A DNA stretch of 64,000 nucleotides from Phaeosaccion multiseriatum (lineage: Eukaryota > Protista > Ochrophyta, other classes). Below the pieces are notes generated by a model. The model was not told where the DNA came from. It saw nothing but the letters and a program-made list of their open reading frames with translations, and made no database searches. The position numbers and the translations under genes are program-made. Below, piece after piece: positions 1 to 24,723 of this stretch (position 1 is its first letter; every line of letters begins with the position of its first letter). The stretch lies in NCBI GenBank assembly GCA_965112735.1, contig OZ218952.1, positions 1,488,001 to 1,552,000 on the forward strand. Direction: 5' to 3'.

Positions 1-12248
<12,248 letters not shown>

Positions 12249-12252
12249 CGGA

Positions 12253-12287
12253 TTGATAACTGTTTGATAACTGTTTGATAACTGTTT
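12253..12287. repeat. 11-bp tandem repeat (TTGATAACTGT) x3 immediately after the FAB1 stop
   Basis: Direct reading. Confidence 0.8.
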
Positions 12288-12522
12288 GTCCAGTGCTGTG
12301 CTAGGCTGCTCTGCTGCTCCTGACGTCAAGCAGGGGCCGCCCCTCACCCTCAGCTATTTCTCGTTGTCGGGAAGGAGAAGGCGAAGAACTGCGGAACGGC
12401 GTGGCAGATGTCTGCAGAGACCAACGGCTACTTGCGCTCTATCCAGTTTTAGTTCATTATTAGACCTTCCCTACGCTCGTAACCCGCAATCGACCACACC
12501 GTCAAAATGTCGATCCGCACTT

Positions 12523-13351
12523 CTATATGGTGTGGTCTGCGTCGGTGTGCCAATTGACAAATACGCCCTGTGACCCCACGGGAGAGAGGCTTGGCGGCTG
12601 CTCCTGCTGCTGCTCCTGCTCCTGCTGCTGCTGCTGCTGTTGTTGTTGTTGTTGTTGTTGTTGCTGTTGTATTACCAACTGCTGATGTAGCATCAACTGC
12701 TGACGCTCTCTCCTCCACCGTGGGCTATCGCTGCTACCGGCCCTTTCACGTCCTCGTCCTCCTCCCGTCCAAGCGGTGCAATGAGCAGCACCCGAGGAGG
12801 AGGAGGCGGAAGGCGAGGATGACCCGTCAGGCCGCGGCGACGATGATACCCACGGGATGGGGCGGCGCCGAGGCGTGGATGAGGAGGAGCCTGGGGCAGA
12901 GGGCGAGCAAGGCGAAGGATGGGGAGGGGGAGAGAAGCGCTGACACTGCTCCTTCCTTGCGAAGGGTGTGGAGGAGACGGATGCGGCCCCCTCAAAGTCA
13001 AAGCGCCTTCTCCTCGCCCCTGCACTGCGGCTGTCTCTGCCTCCTGTCTCCTCCTCCTTCTCCTCCTCCTCCTCCTCATCCTCCTCTCCTTCCCCGCATG
13101 GCGAGGGGGCGACTCTGGGACTGTTTTGCGCGCTGCTTCTTCCCACGACGAACGCCGCCGCCGCCGCCACCGCCGATCCCTTGCCCTTGCGCGGAGTGAG
13201 TCTGTCAACCAAGGTGCTCATGCCGTTCCCCAATGCCGCACCGAGGCTTTCGAGGCTGTCCGTCCTTCCCAATTGAAGCCCTCGCCCTGCCCCGCCTAAC
13301 CCCCCCATATCCGGACTCGGAGACCCCTCCCGTGTCCTCCCCCTCCTCCTC

Positions 13352-13385
<34 letters not shown>

Positions 13386-15993
13386 CAAACCCTGTATCAC
13401 CAACTGCAGATGCGGATGCTGATACCGCCTCCTCCTCCTCCTCCTCCTCCTCCCGCAGCCTCCTCTGCTGCGCCTCTGAGAGAGGCATGGGCATGACCTG
13501 CCCCATGGAGGGTTGGCGACGACGACGCAGCAGCGTACCACCACCTGCTGATGCCCCACTGCGGCTGTGCAGTATTCTGGAAGGGAGGGGAGTATGTATG
13601 GGTATGTTTGGGGTAGGGAGGGGGGTTGATAGGTGAGAATCGCAAACTGAAACTCATTGCTAACAATTGTCTTGCCTACTCAGTGAGAGCCACACATCGA
13701 TCAACACCCCACGTGACGTGAGCAGGCTCAGCCTGACGGTGACGCGGCTCGATTGAGGATACCCCCCCCCAGTCCTCCTCCCCCTCCTCCTCCCCCTCCT
13801 CCTCCCCCTCCTCCTCCCCCCCCCCTCCTCCTCCTCCTCCTCCTCCTCCTCCTCCTCCTCCTCTTCCCCCGCTCACCTTTTAAGATCTTCAGTTATGGCC
13901 ACGTTGTCCCCCATCTCCGCTCGTAAGGCGACCACTTGCCTCCTGAGCTGTCTCAGGTCTGCCTCTCTCCGCTCCAACTCTCTGTGGCACTTCCTCCCCT
14001 CCCTCCGTAGGGCCTCGTTCTCTCGAAGCAGCTCACCACCCTCTCGCCTGTGTCTCTCCTTCAAGAAGTCCGCCGCACTCAGCCGGTGCCTCTGGTGCCC
14101 TTCAACACTTCCGCTCCCCTCTCCCCCCTGTCCTCCTCCTCCTCCTCCTCCTCGTCCTCGTCCCCCTTCCCCTCCTCCATCTTCTCCTCCTCCATGGTGT
14201 CTATCTGTGGGTAGTTGTATTTGGGTAGGGCCGAGACCCCCAATGTGCTGCACATAGGCCTCGGCCTCCCCTGCCCTGGCCAGCAGCACCCTCCTGTCCT
14301 CTTCCAGCTCTGCGACCCGCTCCTCGAGGAAGCCCACTGCACCCACAAGCTCCTCCACCTCCTGCATCAAGGCGAAGGGAAGGGGGGCACTCAGTGAGTG
14401 CTTACAACAGTGCGCCATCCAGTGCCATCTATCTATCACTACAGGCACGGCTCTCGGCCTTTCGGCCATTCGAAAACCATGGCAATGGCAACGGACGCCG
14501 CCCCCCCCCCCCCCTCCTCCTCCTCCTCCTCCTCCGTTCACTCACTCACTCACCTCCCTCTCTGCCTCTCTCCGCTCCGCATCACCTTTTGCCTTTGCTT
14601 CCCAGTGACTCTGCTCCTTGGCGTAAATATCAACCATCTCCTCCAAGTCCTGTTGTTGAGGAGGAGGAGGAGGAGGAGGAGGAGGAGGGGGAGGGACAAG
14701 GGACGGAACGTGCTCCGGAGTGAATGTGGATGACACATTTTACATTATTATGACCTCTTTGCGGAGGAAGGCACTGGAAGGGCATTGGAACACGCTCCCC
14801 CTTCTCCTTCTCCCTCATCCTGACTGGCCGCTGCGTTGTCGGCATTGGCCCACCTTAGGTATGTACGTACGTGAATGTATGCCTTGAGGACGTGCAGCTG
14901 CGTGGTCTGGCTACCCTCAGAGCCACACTGAGAGGCCTTGAGGCGCTGCATGTCCCTGTCAGATGCCTCGAGTGCGTCCTGCCACATGGTAGGGAGAGAG
15001 AGTGAAAGAGGGACGGAAAGACAGAGAGAGAAAGTCAGACAGAGAGAGACAGACGGAGAGAGGGTCTAGTCCATATACCTGAAGCTGCGCGAGGTCGCCC
15101 TGCACCTCCATACGCTTCCTCTTCTCCCTCTGCAGTTCCCGCTCTACCTCTCGAGCAAATTCCACTGCACACCCACACGAACGGGGAGGGAGGGAGGGAG
15201 GCGACTGGGCAGGTCAAGCAAAGTTACACACACACATGGTCAAGGTCACACAGTCTCCTCGAGGTGGTATACGCTTCCGGCACTCTCCATACCCTAGCAC
15301 CCCCAGCTGATGTTGCACTTGCCCCTCGCTTCTCTTCCTCTCGGCTCTGTTGGTCCAAGACGCGCGATGTCCGCTTTTCGAACTCTCCGACCCTCTTCCC
15401 AATTCTCCTTTCCCACCCTCTCTCCCACTTCTCCTTCCCACGAACTCACCCAAGCGCTCCATCTCAGCCGCCGTATACATCTCCTCACTTTCCCGCTTCC
15501 TCATTCCTCGCTCGGTATTCTCTTCTGCCTCCTTATCGTGCCTTTCTCGCGCGTCACGCTGTGGCGGCTGTGGCTCTCGCTGGCGCAGATACCGTCGCGG
15601 ACGCTGCTGCTGCTGCTTCTCCTCGCCCCTCCCACCTTCTCCACTAGCCTGGTCCAAAAAGCCTACGAAGAGGTCTCTTCCGGGGGAAGACGCTGTAGAC
15701 TGAGGCGAACAAGACGACCTCCTCCCGGAGGAACGGAGGTCTCCACCCTTGCTACTTGCACGCCGCGTTCGGCCCTCTCTGGCATGGGATGCAGCCGGCT
15801 GCCGAACAGTGTCGTGCTTCGTGTCGTGCTTGCTACTGCTTCTCCTGCTGCTGTTGCTGCTGCTACTTCCCTTGGCCGGCTGGCTGCGTGATCCAAACGA
15901 AGACGCGGCGGGGAGATCCACAGTCAAGAGTGGCGGACTGGGACCTCTGTTGGCCCCAGCTGATCCTTGTCGCAACCCCATTGCGGTGGCCAT
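12523..15993 (-). CDS. Multi-exon coiled-coil protein of unknown function
   Basis: ATG at 15993. Successive GT-AG-bounded exons encode heptad-rich helices (VEFAREVERELQREKRKRMEVQGDLAQLQ; DALEASDRDMQRLK; DLEEMVDIYAKEQSHWE; EVEELVGAVGFLEERVAELEED; ELLRENEALRRE..LRQLRRQVVALRAE), followed by a low-complexity last exon. Confidence 0.65.
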
Positions 15994-16688
15994 CTTCTGG
16001 CCCTAACACCTCCGTCGTCACTTATTTCCCCCTCCTTTTAGAGAATCTCAACTGCCAGAAATAAACTGGCACTGAAACTGGTCCCCGGGGGTCAGAGGGC
16101 GCCCGCGATCTGATCTCGGATATACCAAACAACAGCACAGCGGAGAAGAGCAACAAAACAACTATCACATACTATTCCTTTGCGTGCAGGACGGTGGGAT
16201 AGTTGCGTGCGCTCCAAAGGGTATGTACACTGTGCTTTCCTGCGCGGTGAAGCTTTCGGTTTAAACGAGAAGAGCTGCCCACAGCACCGAAGGTTAGAGA
16301 GAGCGGGGGGGCAGAGACAGGAGGCAGCGGCAGTAGAGCAGCGGAAGTCGGTGCATAAATAAGAAGAGAGTCGTGCTTAGCGGTGGCCACTTTTGAACGG
16401 GCGCCAGCTCGGTTTTACTGTCTGGAACAGAGGTGGCCAGGCTCGCTTGAGGAGGCTTTCTTCTGACTTCCCGAGTTCGGCGCTCGTACAAGTAGTGGCG
16501 GGGGGCGAGATCCCCGCGGATTTGGGGCCAGTTCTGTACGACGCTACGGCACACCCAGCCGACCTTCTCGTGGCTGAGTGGCACACAGCGGCGGACCCCT
16601 GGAACCTGGAAGGAAGACCTTGGGACTTTCCCTGGCGGGAAAAGTGAAGTCGGAGCAGCCGCAGCAGCACAAGCCCAATCGCAGGATC

Positions 16689-17114
16689 ATGCACCAGCTT
16701 CAGACACAGCGTGCGTCAGTGGTGACCAAGCAGGAGCCACAGCAGGAGCACCAGCTCCAGCAGCAGCCGCAGACACCAACAGCAGCACCAGGCGGAAAGG
16801 GAGAGGGTGGGCACAGCAGACCGCAGAGGGAAAGGCGCAAGGCGGAGAGGGGGGTCGTCTCACTGGCCAGCTATATTTTCGAGCGAGCGCGTGACTCAAG
16901 GACTACTGAGGAAGAAGCGGCAAAAGCCCTTCCCAGTAGCTTCGTGCTCGTCAGGAAGAGTGCCAATGGTGGTAACACCCCTGCTGCTGTTGTTCAGCCG
17001 TCGCTAGCCGCTCATGTCCCGTCGCAAGGCGATGACATGGTAGGCGAAGTATCGGTAGCTCCGGCAGCGGCGAGAAAGAGGAAAGCAATCTCGAGGGAAG
17101 GGCAAGGCGGGGCG

Positions 17115-17157
<43 letters not shown>

Positions 17158-19745
17158 AGAAGCGGGTCCAGCAGCGCTCGGCACCGCACCGGACGGATCG
17201 TCGGTCCAACAGCAGTGGGAATGGCCCGAGGCAGGAGAATCCCACTCCCCACCTCGACGGTACGGCCCATGAACACCAAGTCGGATGCAGCTCCTGCCTG
17301 AGCCTGGGGTCACAGTTCTTCCTCAAGTACGAAAAGAACTCGCGGGGCCGCACCGTCGTGAAGGACCGCCTCAAGACTCATTTGCGCGAGTCTCATCCCG
17401 AGCTGCTCCGGGCAGCGCCCCTCCCCTCCACCTTTACGGACATGAAGGTGTGGTGGTACGAGAACATGGTGGAGCGCGCTGGCCGGGAGGGCTCGGCCCA
17501 GCAGTGGGAAGCGGCCATCCGCCAGGACTTCTTGCGCCCTTGGCCGGGTGAAGGACCACCCGAGCAGCAGCAGCAGCAGCAGCAGCGGCAGCAGCGGCAA
17601 CAGCATTCTCAAAAGCGCCAGAGGGTAGTTAGTGGTAGTAGTGGTGGCACCGCTATGGGTTACGACTATGGAGTGAGGGAGAGCCGGACTGCCTTCGGTA
17701 TTGAGGGTGTGCTCCGCGGCAAGACGGGGACGAAGAGGATGCGCGTACCACAGGCCGCGGCAGAAGCTTTAACCGCTCCACTTCCGGTTCCCTATCCTTC
17801 GGCGTTCTCTACCGGCAAGGGGCGTGCAGGAGGTTCGCAGTGCTCTGCCGGGCGGGGGGGCGCAGCGGGAATGGCACGACAGACATCACAGACTTGTTAT
17901 GACCAGACATGGGGGGGAGGCTATATCGATCATAACGGGCACAGTAGCAGCGGCGGTGGCGGTGGTGGAGGTGGTGGCGAGGTGGGGAGGAGATCGCAGC
18001 GAGCAAAGCGCATCAACACGGTGGTGGGAGGCTACGAGCGCTCGCTCGCGCGGTACACGCAGGAGAGGGCGCGCGATGCACGTACGTCTGAGGATGTGCT
18101 GAATGCGGCGGCGGCTGAGGCGGCAATGCGTGCGGCAAGAGCCAGTGGTGCCGGGGCTAGCAGCGCCAGTGTCAGTGCCAGTGCCACGTCCAGCGCCAGC
18201 AGGAAAGGTATGACTAATAGCGAATGGTGGGATCGGCAGGTGGCGGAGGAGATGAGGATGCTGGAGGAGCAAAAGGAGGAGCGCAGGAGGCAGCAGGAGC
18301 AGCAGCAGAAGCTTGCAGTAAAGCAGCAGGGCATGTCACGCCAGCAGCTGTATCAGGGGGAGCAGTGGGCGGAGGAGCTTTCGGACGACGAACAAATGAA
18401 CTACCCTCCACCGCGATTACCACAGCCGCCGCAGTTGCAACGTGCAGGGGTGGCTCGCGATGTGTACCAGCCGCCCTCCCCCGCCTCCTCCTTTGCCATC
18501 GGACAGCAGAGACAGCATCCGCTTACCTTGCCGGTACCGCCGGTGTACGAGTTTTGGCGTCAGCAGCAGCAGCAGCTGTCAATGTTGAGACTGAAGCAGC
18601 AACAGCAGCAGCAGCAGCAGCTTTACGAGCAGCAATGGGAGCGCCACTTTCGGTTAGTCGCAGCGGAGCAGCAGCAGCAGCAGTTGGTGATACAGCAGCC
18701 GCAACACCCACAGCACTTGGTCATCCCCCAGCAGGAGCAAAAATACGTGGCACCATCGCTCACAACTCCGGGGTTCTCAGAAGATTTGTCTTGCTCCGAA
18801 GATTTGTCAGCGTTCTCGCAAGACGAGGACGAGGACAGCGACGGCTCTCGAGGCAATAAGGACGGCGCAGGGGTCCGTAACCCCTCTCCGTCTGCTACGA
18901 GACCTGTCCCACCCCCACACAACGACATCGCGAGGATGGGCTCTGTCGTAGCAGCGGCAGCACCTGCAACGCTTGGACAACCTGGCTCTGGCGTAGGCAT
19001 TCAGTGTAGGCAGCTTGGCTTAGGAGGTGTTAGAAAGGCGCTCCAAACGGACCTCAGCCCCGCCGGACCCTCGCCCAAGCCCAAGCCCAAGCAAAAGCAA
19101 AAGCTGTCCTCAACAGGCCATAAGGGAACACCACTCTCCGCCGCCCGGAACCGCATGAACGAGCTCTGCAGCGGTGAGGGGTGCATTCAGTGGCCGGTGA
19201 GCTCGGGACGATGCAGTAAGCATGGTGGTGGGGGAGGGGAAGGAGATGTGGGAGGGGGAGGAGGAAGAAGAGCAGCAGGGGCAGCAGCAGCAGCAGCAGC
19301 AGCAGAAGGAGGGGGAGGAGAAGACGGGGGAGGAGGGAGCCCAGGCGAGAAGAAGAGGAAGAAGAGATGCTCCGTAGCGAACTGCGAGAGCGAGGCGAAG
19401 GTGCAGGGAGTGTGCGTGCGGCACGGAGCCGTCAAGAAGAGGTGCGGCATCAAGGGCTGCTCCAAGCAAATGATCAAGGGCGGGTTGTGTGTGGGCCACG
19501 GAGCGACGGAGGTGAAGCGATGTGTTATGCAGGGTTGCAACAAGTGGGCGATCACGAGTGGCTTGTGTGGGTCTTGCGGGAATGTGGCCATGCATTGCTC
19601 TGTGGACGGCTGCCGCAAGTCCGTCAAGGAGGGGGACTCTTGCGAAGAGCACAAGAACAGGCCTTCCTCCCCCTCGGCCTCCCACCCCTTCTCGTCTCTT
19701 GTGGCGGCTGCTACCATGCTGCAGCCCGCGTCGCCTGTGCTGTAA
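16689..19745 (+). CDS. Single-exon Q/G-rich protein with five C-terminal CX4CX9CX2[HC] repeats (WRKY19-like Cys/His zinc-finger repeats) and an N-terminal C2H2/BED-like finger; putative transcription regulator
   Basis: 1055-aa ORF, first ATG at 16689. Repeats: CSGEGC..GRCSKHG, CSVANC..GVCVRHG, CGIKGC..GLCVGHG, CVMQGC..GLCGSCG, CSVDGC..DSCEEH. NLS-like KKRKKR. CSSC-x27-HLRESH near 17286-17396. Confidence 0.8.
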
Positions 19746-20509
19746 AGGGGGATGATCATGAAGATGATGAAGATGGGGGTGTGAGGGTTGGGGAGTGGAT
19801 CGGGTCATCGGGTTGTCGGGTTGTCGGGTCGTCGGGCGGGCTGCGCGAGCTGTAGGTAGTAGACTGGAGACGACCGAGAGAGGTCATGGTGCGGTGTGTG
19901 ACACTCACAGATGGGGCAGGAGGGATGTATTTGAGGACGCAGGGGTGGTGGGGTGGGGTGGGTGCAGCTTTCAGCGCATAGCCTTGAAAATTCGGAGCCA
20001 GCAAGAGAAGCGGGGGGGGGCTGGTGGAGAATATAGAGGGGGACAGAGAATGAGAGATAGACTTTAGAAAGGGAATGCATTGTACTGTGGAGGGAACTCT
20101 GTAGAGGAAACTTCCGGTATTGTATAGGGTGGTGAGAGGGCGCTCGTTTGGATCGTCCGCGTCCCCTTGATCTACCTCACAGATCAAACAGTTTAATTCA
20201 GCTGGTTAAATCAACTAAATAATTTAATAATTGACTGAATAGCATGTGTCCTGCATCCTCGGTTCGCAGTTTGGTACGAAAAAAGGTTGAGGGGGGGGCG
20301 AGAAAGCAAAGCAAAAGGATCGCAAAAGAGGGGCAAATCAAACATCACAGATCGTTCGCGAAGCACCAACACTCCATCACCACCACCAATACCTCTCTCT
20401 GCGTCTCCAATACCTCTCTCTGCGTCGCACTCGTGTTGTTCGCATAAAGCAACCCAGTGTAGTGGGTGAGGAGTCTTAGCAGGCAGGAGAGAGAGCTCCT
20501 GGGGCAGAG

Positions 20510-22869
20510 ATGCCTCCGATCCGGCGGAAGCGGTCCTTAAAGGCGCTGCTCTGTGGACCCCTTACGGCTGCCATGCTGACCTCCTCCTCTTCAAGAACGG
20601 AGGCGTTTTCCATCCCCTCCCTGTCTTCCTCTTCTGTTTCTTCTTCGTCCTCCTCTTCCCCTTCCTCATCCTTCTCCTCCTCCTCCTCCTCTTCATCATT
20701 ACTGTCCTCACCAACCTTCAACCCTTTCTCCTACATGAGAACAAATTTGGCCTTCACCGCGCCCACCTGGCTTCCCCATCGAGCAACAGGAGCAGGAACA
20801 ACAGCAACAAATTGGAGCCACCGCAGACATGGTGCAGGCTTGGGCAGGCCGATGGCACCTCCTGGCGCAGGCGCTGCCAGAGGCGGGCCAAGAGGGGGAC
20901 GAGGAGGAGCAGGAAGAGGCAGCAAGCATAAGGGAAAGAAGGGGAAGAACAAATTTGGGGGTAACGCCGCGGGGAACGAGGCCAAGATAGGCAAGAAGGT
21001 CAAACGCACAATGATCGAAGAGGAGCCCGACGAGATTGAAAAATTCTGGAGTCAAAAGCAAAAAGTCAGCAGACTCAATTGGAAGAAAGGCCCCGGGGCA
21101 GCAGGAGCAACTGCAGGAGCCGCAGCGGGAGGGGGGGAGGCACTGCTCACCAGGCCCACGGAGGGAGAATTACTCCAATGCGAACACTTTGACGACTGCC
21201 CGGGCTGCACGATGGACAGAGACTTTGGCAAGGCCTCTATCGCTATGGATGCCTCGGCATTCTGCGAGTCCATGATGACCGAATGTGTCAAGTCACAGGG
21301 CGGGGTGCGCGCCATGGAAGACGCCATCGCGGAGGGCAAGTGTACGTTCCAAGTGCACGTGGGCAAGCACCACGAGTGGAGGACACAGGCCAAGCTCGCG
21401 GTGACGCCGCAGGGCCGCTGGTCAGGGGTGCAATTGGGCCTGTTTGGGGCGGGTTCGCATAAGGTGGTGCCCATTCCAAAGTGCAGGGTGCACCACCCGG
21501 CCATCAATCGGGCGGTGGTGGCTATTGAGAAGGCCTCCAAGAAGGTCAAGTGCCCGGCCTATGATGAGGAGACCATGACCGGCAATCTTCGCTACGTGCA
21601 GGCCGTCGTGGAGAGGAGGACGGGCAAGGTGAGAGAGGAGCACCATAACATTGGGGGAGGAGGGGGGGGGGGGAGACGGGGAGGGATTCACGGGGGGGCT
21701 CGCCTGCTCTCTCTCTGATCCATCATCTACCTGCCTACCTACCTGCCTACCTACCTGTCTACCCACCTACCTACCTGCCTACCTACCTGCCTACCTACCT
21801 GCCTACCTGCCTGCCTACCTGCCTACCTCTATCTACGGTCTGACGCACCCGCGCGCGTCTTGATTGAATGGAGTGATTCCGACTCAACCCCATACTTTCT
21901 CTCCTCCTCCTCTTCCTCCTCTTGTTCCTCCTCCTCCTCCTCCTCCTCCTCCTCCTCCTCCTCCTCCTCCTCCTCCTCATGTCTTTCTTTTCCCGACCCC
22001 ACCCCTGTGTCACTGTCGTCCCTTTTTATATATATATATACTTTACATGGGTTACCATCACAAATGCTCCGATTGAAAACAAACAGGTCCAATTGACCCT
22101 GGTGTGGAACGCTGAGAACTTCAGAGACGCCACCCCGTCTCTCCAACTGCTCACCAAAGAGCTCAAGAAGATTGAGCCCGACCTGTGGCACTCCATCTGG
22201 GCAAACTTCCGTCAAGGGCCGGGCAACACCATCTTCAGTCGTGGCCTGTACAGCTGGCATTGCTGTTCCGGACCGGAGTATGTCAAGGAAACGATTGGAC
22301 CACACGACCTCACTTTCTTCTTCTCCCCACAGCTCTTTAGACAGAGCAACTTGGATGAGTTTGAGAAGATTGTACAGCGAGTGGAGGACTGGACACCCAG
22401 GGGGGCCAAGGTGTGCGAGTTGTACTCCGGCGTTGGCATACTGGGACTCAACGCGGTGGTGGACAAGGCCGAGTGGGCGCGCTGCTCGGACGTCAATGAC
22501 GTCATCCCCAGGAGCTTCTCTCGCACCCAACGCCTCTTACCCCAGGCCAAGCAGCAACAAGTCTCATATGACTCCCTTACTGCCGAAGAATCTCTGGACG
22601 ATATGCTTGCCGAAGACGCGGATGTGCTAATTGTGGACCCGCCCAGGAAGGGCCTGGGGGAAGAGGTGCTGGAGACTTTGGTGAGCAGGGATAGAGACGG
22701 GCCCACGGGAAGCGTACGCCGCATCATTTATGTGAGCTGCGGTTTCGAGGCGTTCAAGCGCGATGCGGCCGCGTTGGTGGGGGCGGGGTGGCTGCTCAAG
22801 CACGCGGAGGGGTACATGCTCTTCCCTGGCTCCGATCACATTGAGACTCTGGCCATCTTTGATCGCTGA
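20510..22869 (+). CDS. TrmA/RlmD (RumA)-family RNA (uracil-5)-methyltransferase, probably plastid-targeted; 2 exons (20510-21628, 22087-22869)
   Basis: CEHFDDCPGC Fe-S motif, WRTQAKL, SAM motif ELYSGVG, VLIVDPPRKGL, IIYVSCG (catalytic Cys), LFPGSDHIETLAIF. N-terminal hydrophobic segment followed by TEA|FSIP and a Ser-rich transit-like region. Intron GT 21629 to AG 22086. Confidence 0.9.
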
Positions 22870-23223
22870 GTGGTTTATACATATAGTAGAACACTCTTCA
22901 AGCGGCCGGAGAAAACATACATCCAATATGTTTTACTCCTCTGCCCTCTGCGAGTGATGCCAGAGATACAAGAGCTCACCGGGTGTCATTCCCGCCACCC
23001 CTCCGCAACCTGTTCACACCTTCTCTTACTTTTACAAATACTAAATTTGACGTCTTATTTTTGCTTCATATTCTCACCACGACGCACACGCGCCCACACC
23101 TCACCACAATCTTCCCTTCCCTCTTGCGTCTCCCCTCCGCCTCGAACACTGCGTACGCTGACCCACCACCCCTTTACACACCGTAAAACGCCGCCCCCCC
23201 CCCCACCCCTCCCTAGCTCCTCT

Positions 23224-24692
23224 CTAGGCGCTGGCTGTGTTGGTGTTGCTGCTGCTGCCGCGGACGTTATTCTCGTCCCCCTCTTGGTCGGCGCTGCTTT
23301 TGCTGTGCTTGCTCCTCTTGCGTCCCTTGGGCCCTCCCCCATCGCTACTGTGTCTTGCCATAGTGGTCGACGACGACGAGGATGTGCTGCTGTCTCTGTT
23401 GGCAGTGCGCCCCACGCGAGAGATGCCTGGGCGGTGCATTGCAGAATGTAGCAGTTGGTGGTACAAGAGCAGAGCAGAGCAAAGGAGGTGAGAGGAGAGG
23501 AGAGGAGAGGAGAGATGAGGCAGGTGACAGCAGGTCAGGCAAGTCAGGTAGAAGGTAGTGCACAGTGCGCAGTGTAGACACACACACGACATGCACACAC
23601 ACACACACACACTCACACACCCACCCATCCGCTGCTTCATTGCCTTACCGTCAACGAACTTGGTGCGGAAGATAACGTTGGCGTTGTTGAACATTCCCTC
23701 CTTGAGGCTGACCACGATGAACTGCGAGTTGCTGAAGTGCGTCTTGAGCATGCGGCCGATGTTCTGTGTGTGAGACAAGTCCAAGGCAGCGTCCACCTGT
23801 TTGTTGTTGGGGGGAGGGGAAGGGGAGGGGGACGAGGGGGGGGGGGGGGGTAGATTGGGTTGAACGGGGAGTAGGTTTGGGGGGGCGATGAGGGAGAGAG
23901 GGATGCCCCGTGTGCTTTGACGTAAGCGAAGACTCTCCGGCCCCAGTCACAGTCTCTCCCTCTGACTCCTTGTCTCTCACAGTCTCCCCCCCCCCACCCT
24001 CTCTCACTAGTCACTATTTCTCTCTCTCCCCCTCCCTCCCTTTAACTAAGCAGCCTTCCCCAGCACCGTCCCTCACCTCATCACACACAAACACATACAC
24101 ACATTACGTAATTCTTAGGTTGATTCCTGTTAAGTCCATGCATTTCTCCCTCACCTCGTCCAGGATGTACATGGGGGCCGGCTTGAAGAGGAGCAGCGAG
24201 AGGATGAGAGACAGAGCCAAGAGAGACCTCTGCCCGCCAGACAGCTCCGTCAGGCTCTCCTTCCATACATTGCCAAAGGCCACCTGAGTGATTGATGGAT
24301 GGGTTGAAGCATTGATTGGGAGCCGAGCGAAATGGCAGTGGATGGCAATGGATGGGGTGCGCGGTGTGACCCGAGACTCGCGGTGAACAAACAATTCACC
24401 TAGTCTCGTAGCGCACACACACACACACCTCCTCCCCCTCCCCTCTCGTCCTCCTCCTCCTCCTCCTCCTCCTCCTCCTCCTCCTCCTCCTCCTCCCCCT
24501 CCTCCTCCTCACCTTGACCTCGAGCCCGTCGTGAACGGAGCACCCCTCTGGAGGCTCAAGCTTGGCCGTGGTGCCGGGGAGGAGAGTACCGAAGATGGAG
24601 CCGAAGTCCTTCGTCACCTTCAGCCAAGTCGACTGGAGGAGGGAGGGAGGGAGGGAGGGAGGGCAGAGAGGGAAGGGGTGGAGGGAAGAGAT

Positions 24693-24723
<31 letters not shown>

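Noticed and set aside
21922-22086. Poly-Leu 'signal peptide' at the start of ORF 21922-22869
   Set aside because: It is the (CCT)n tract inside the methyltransferase intron.
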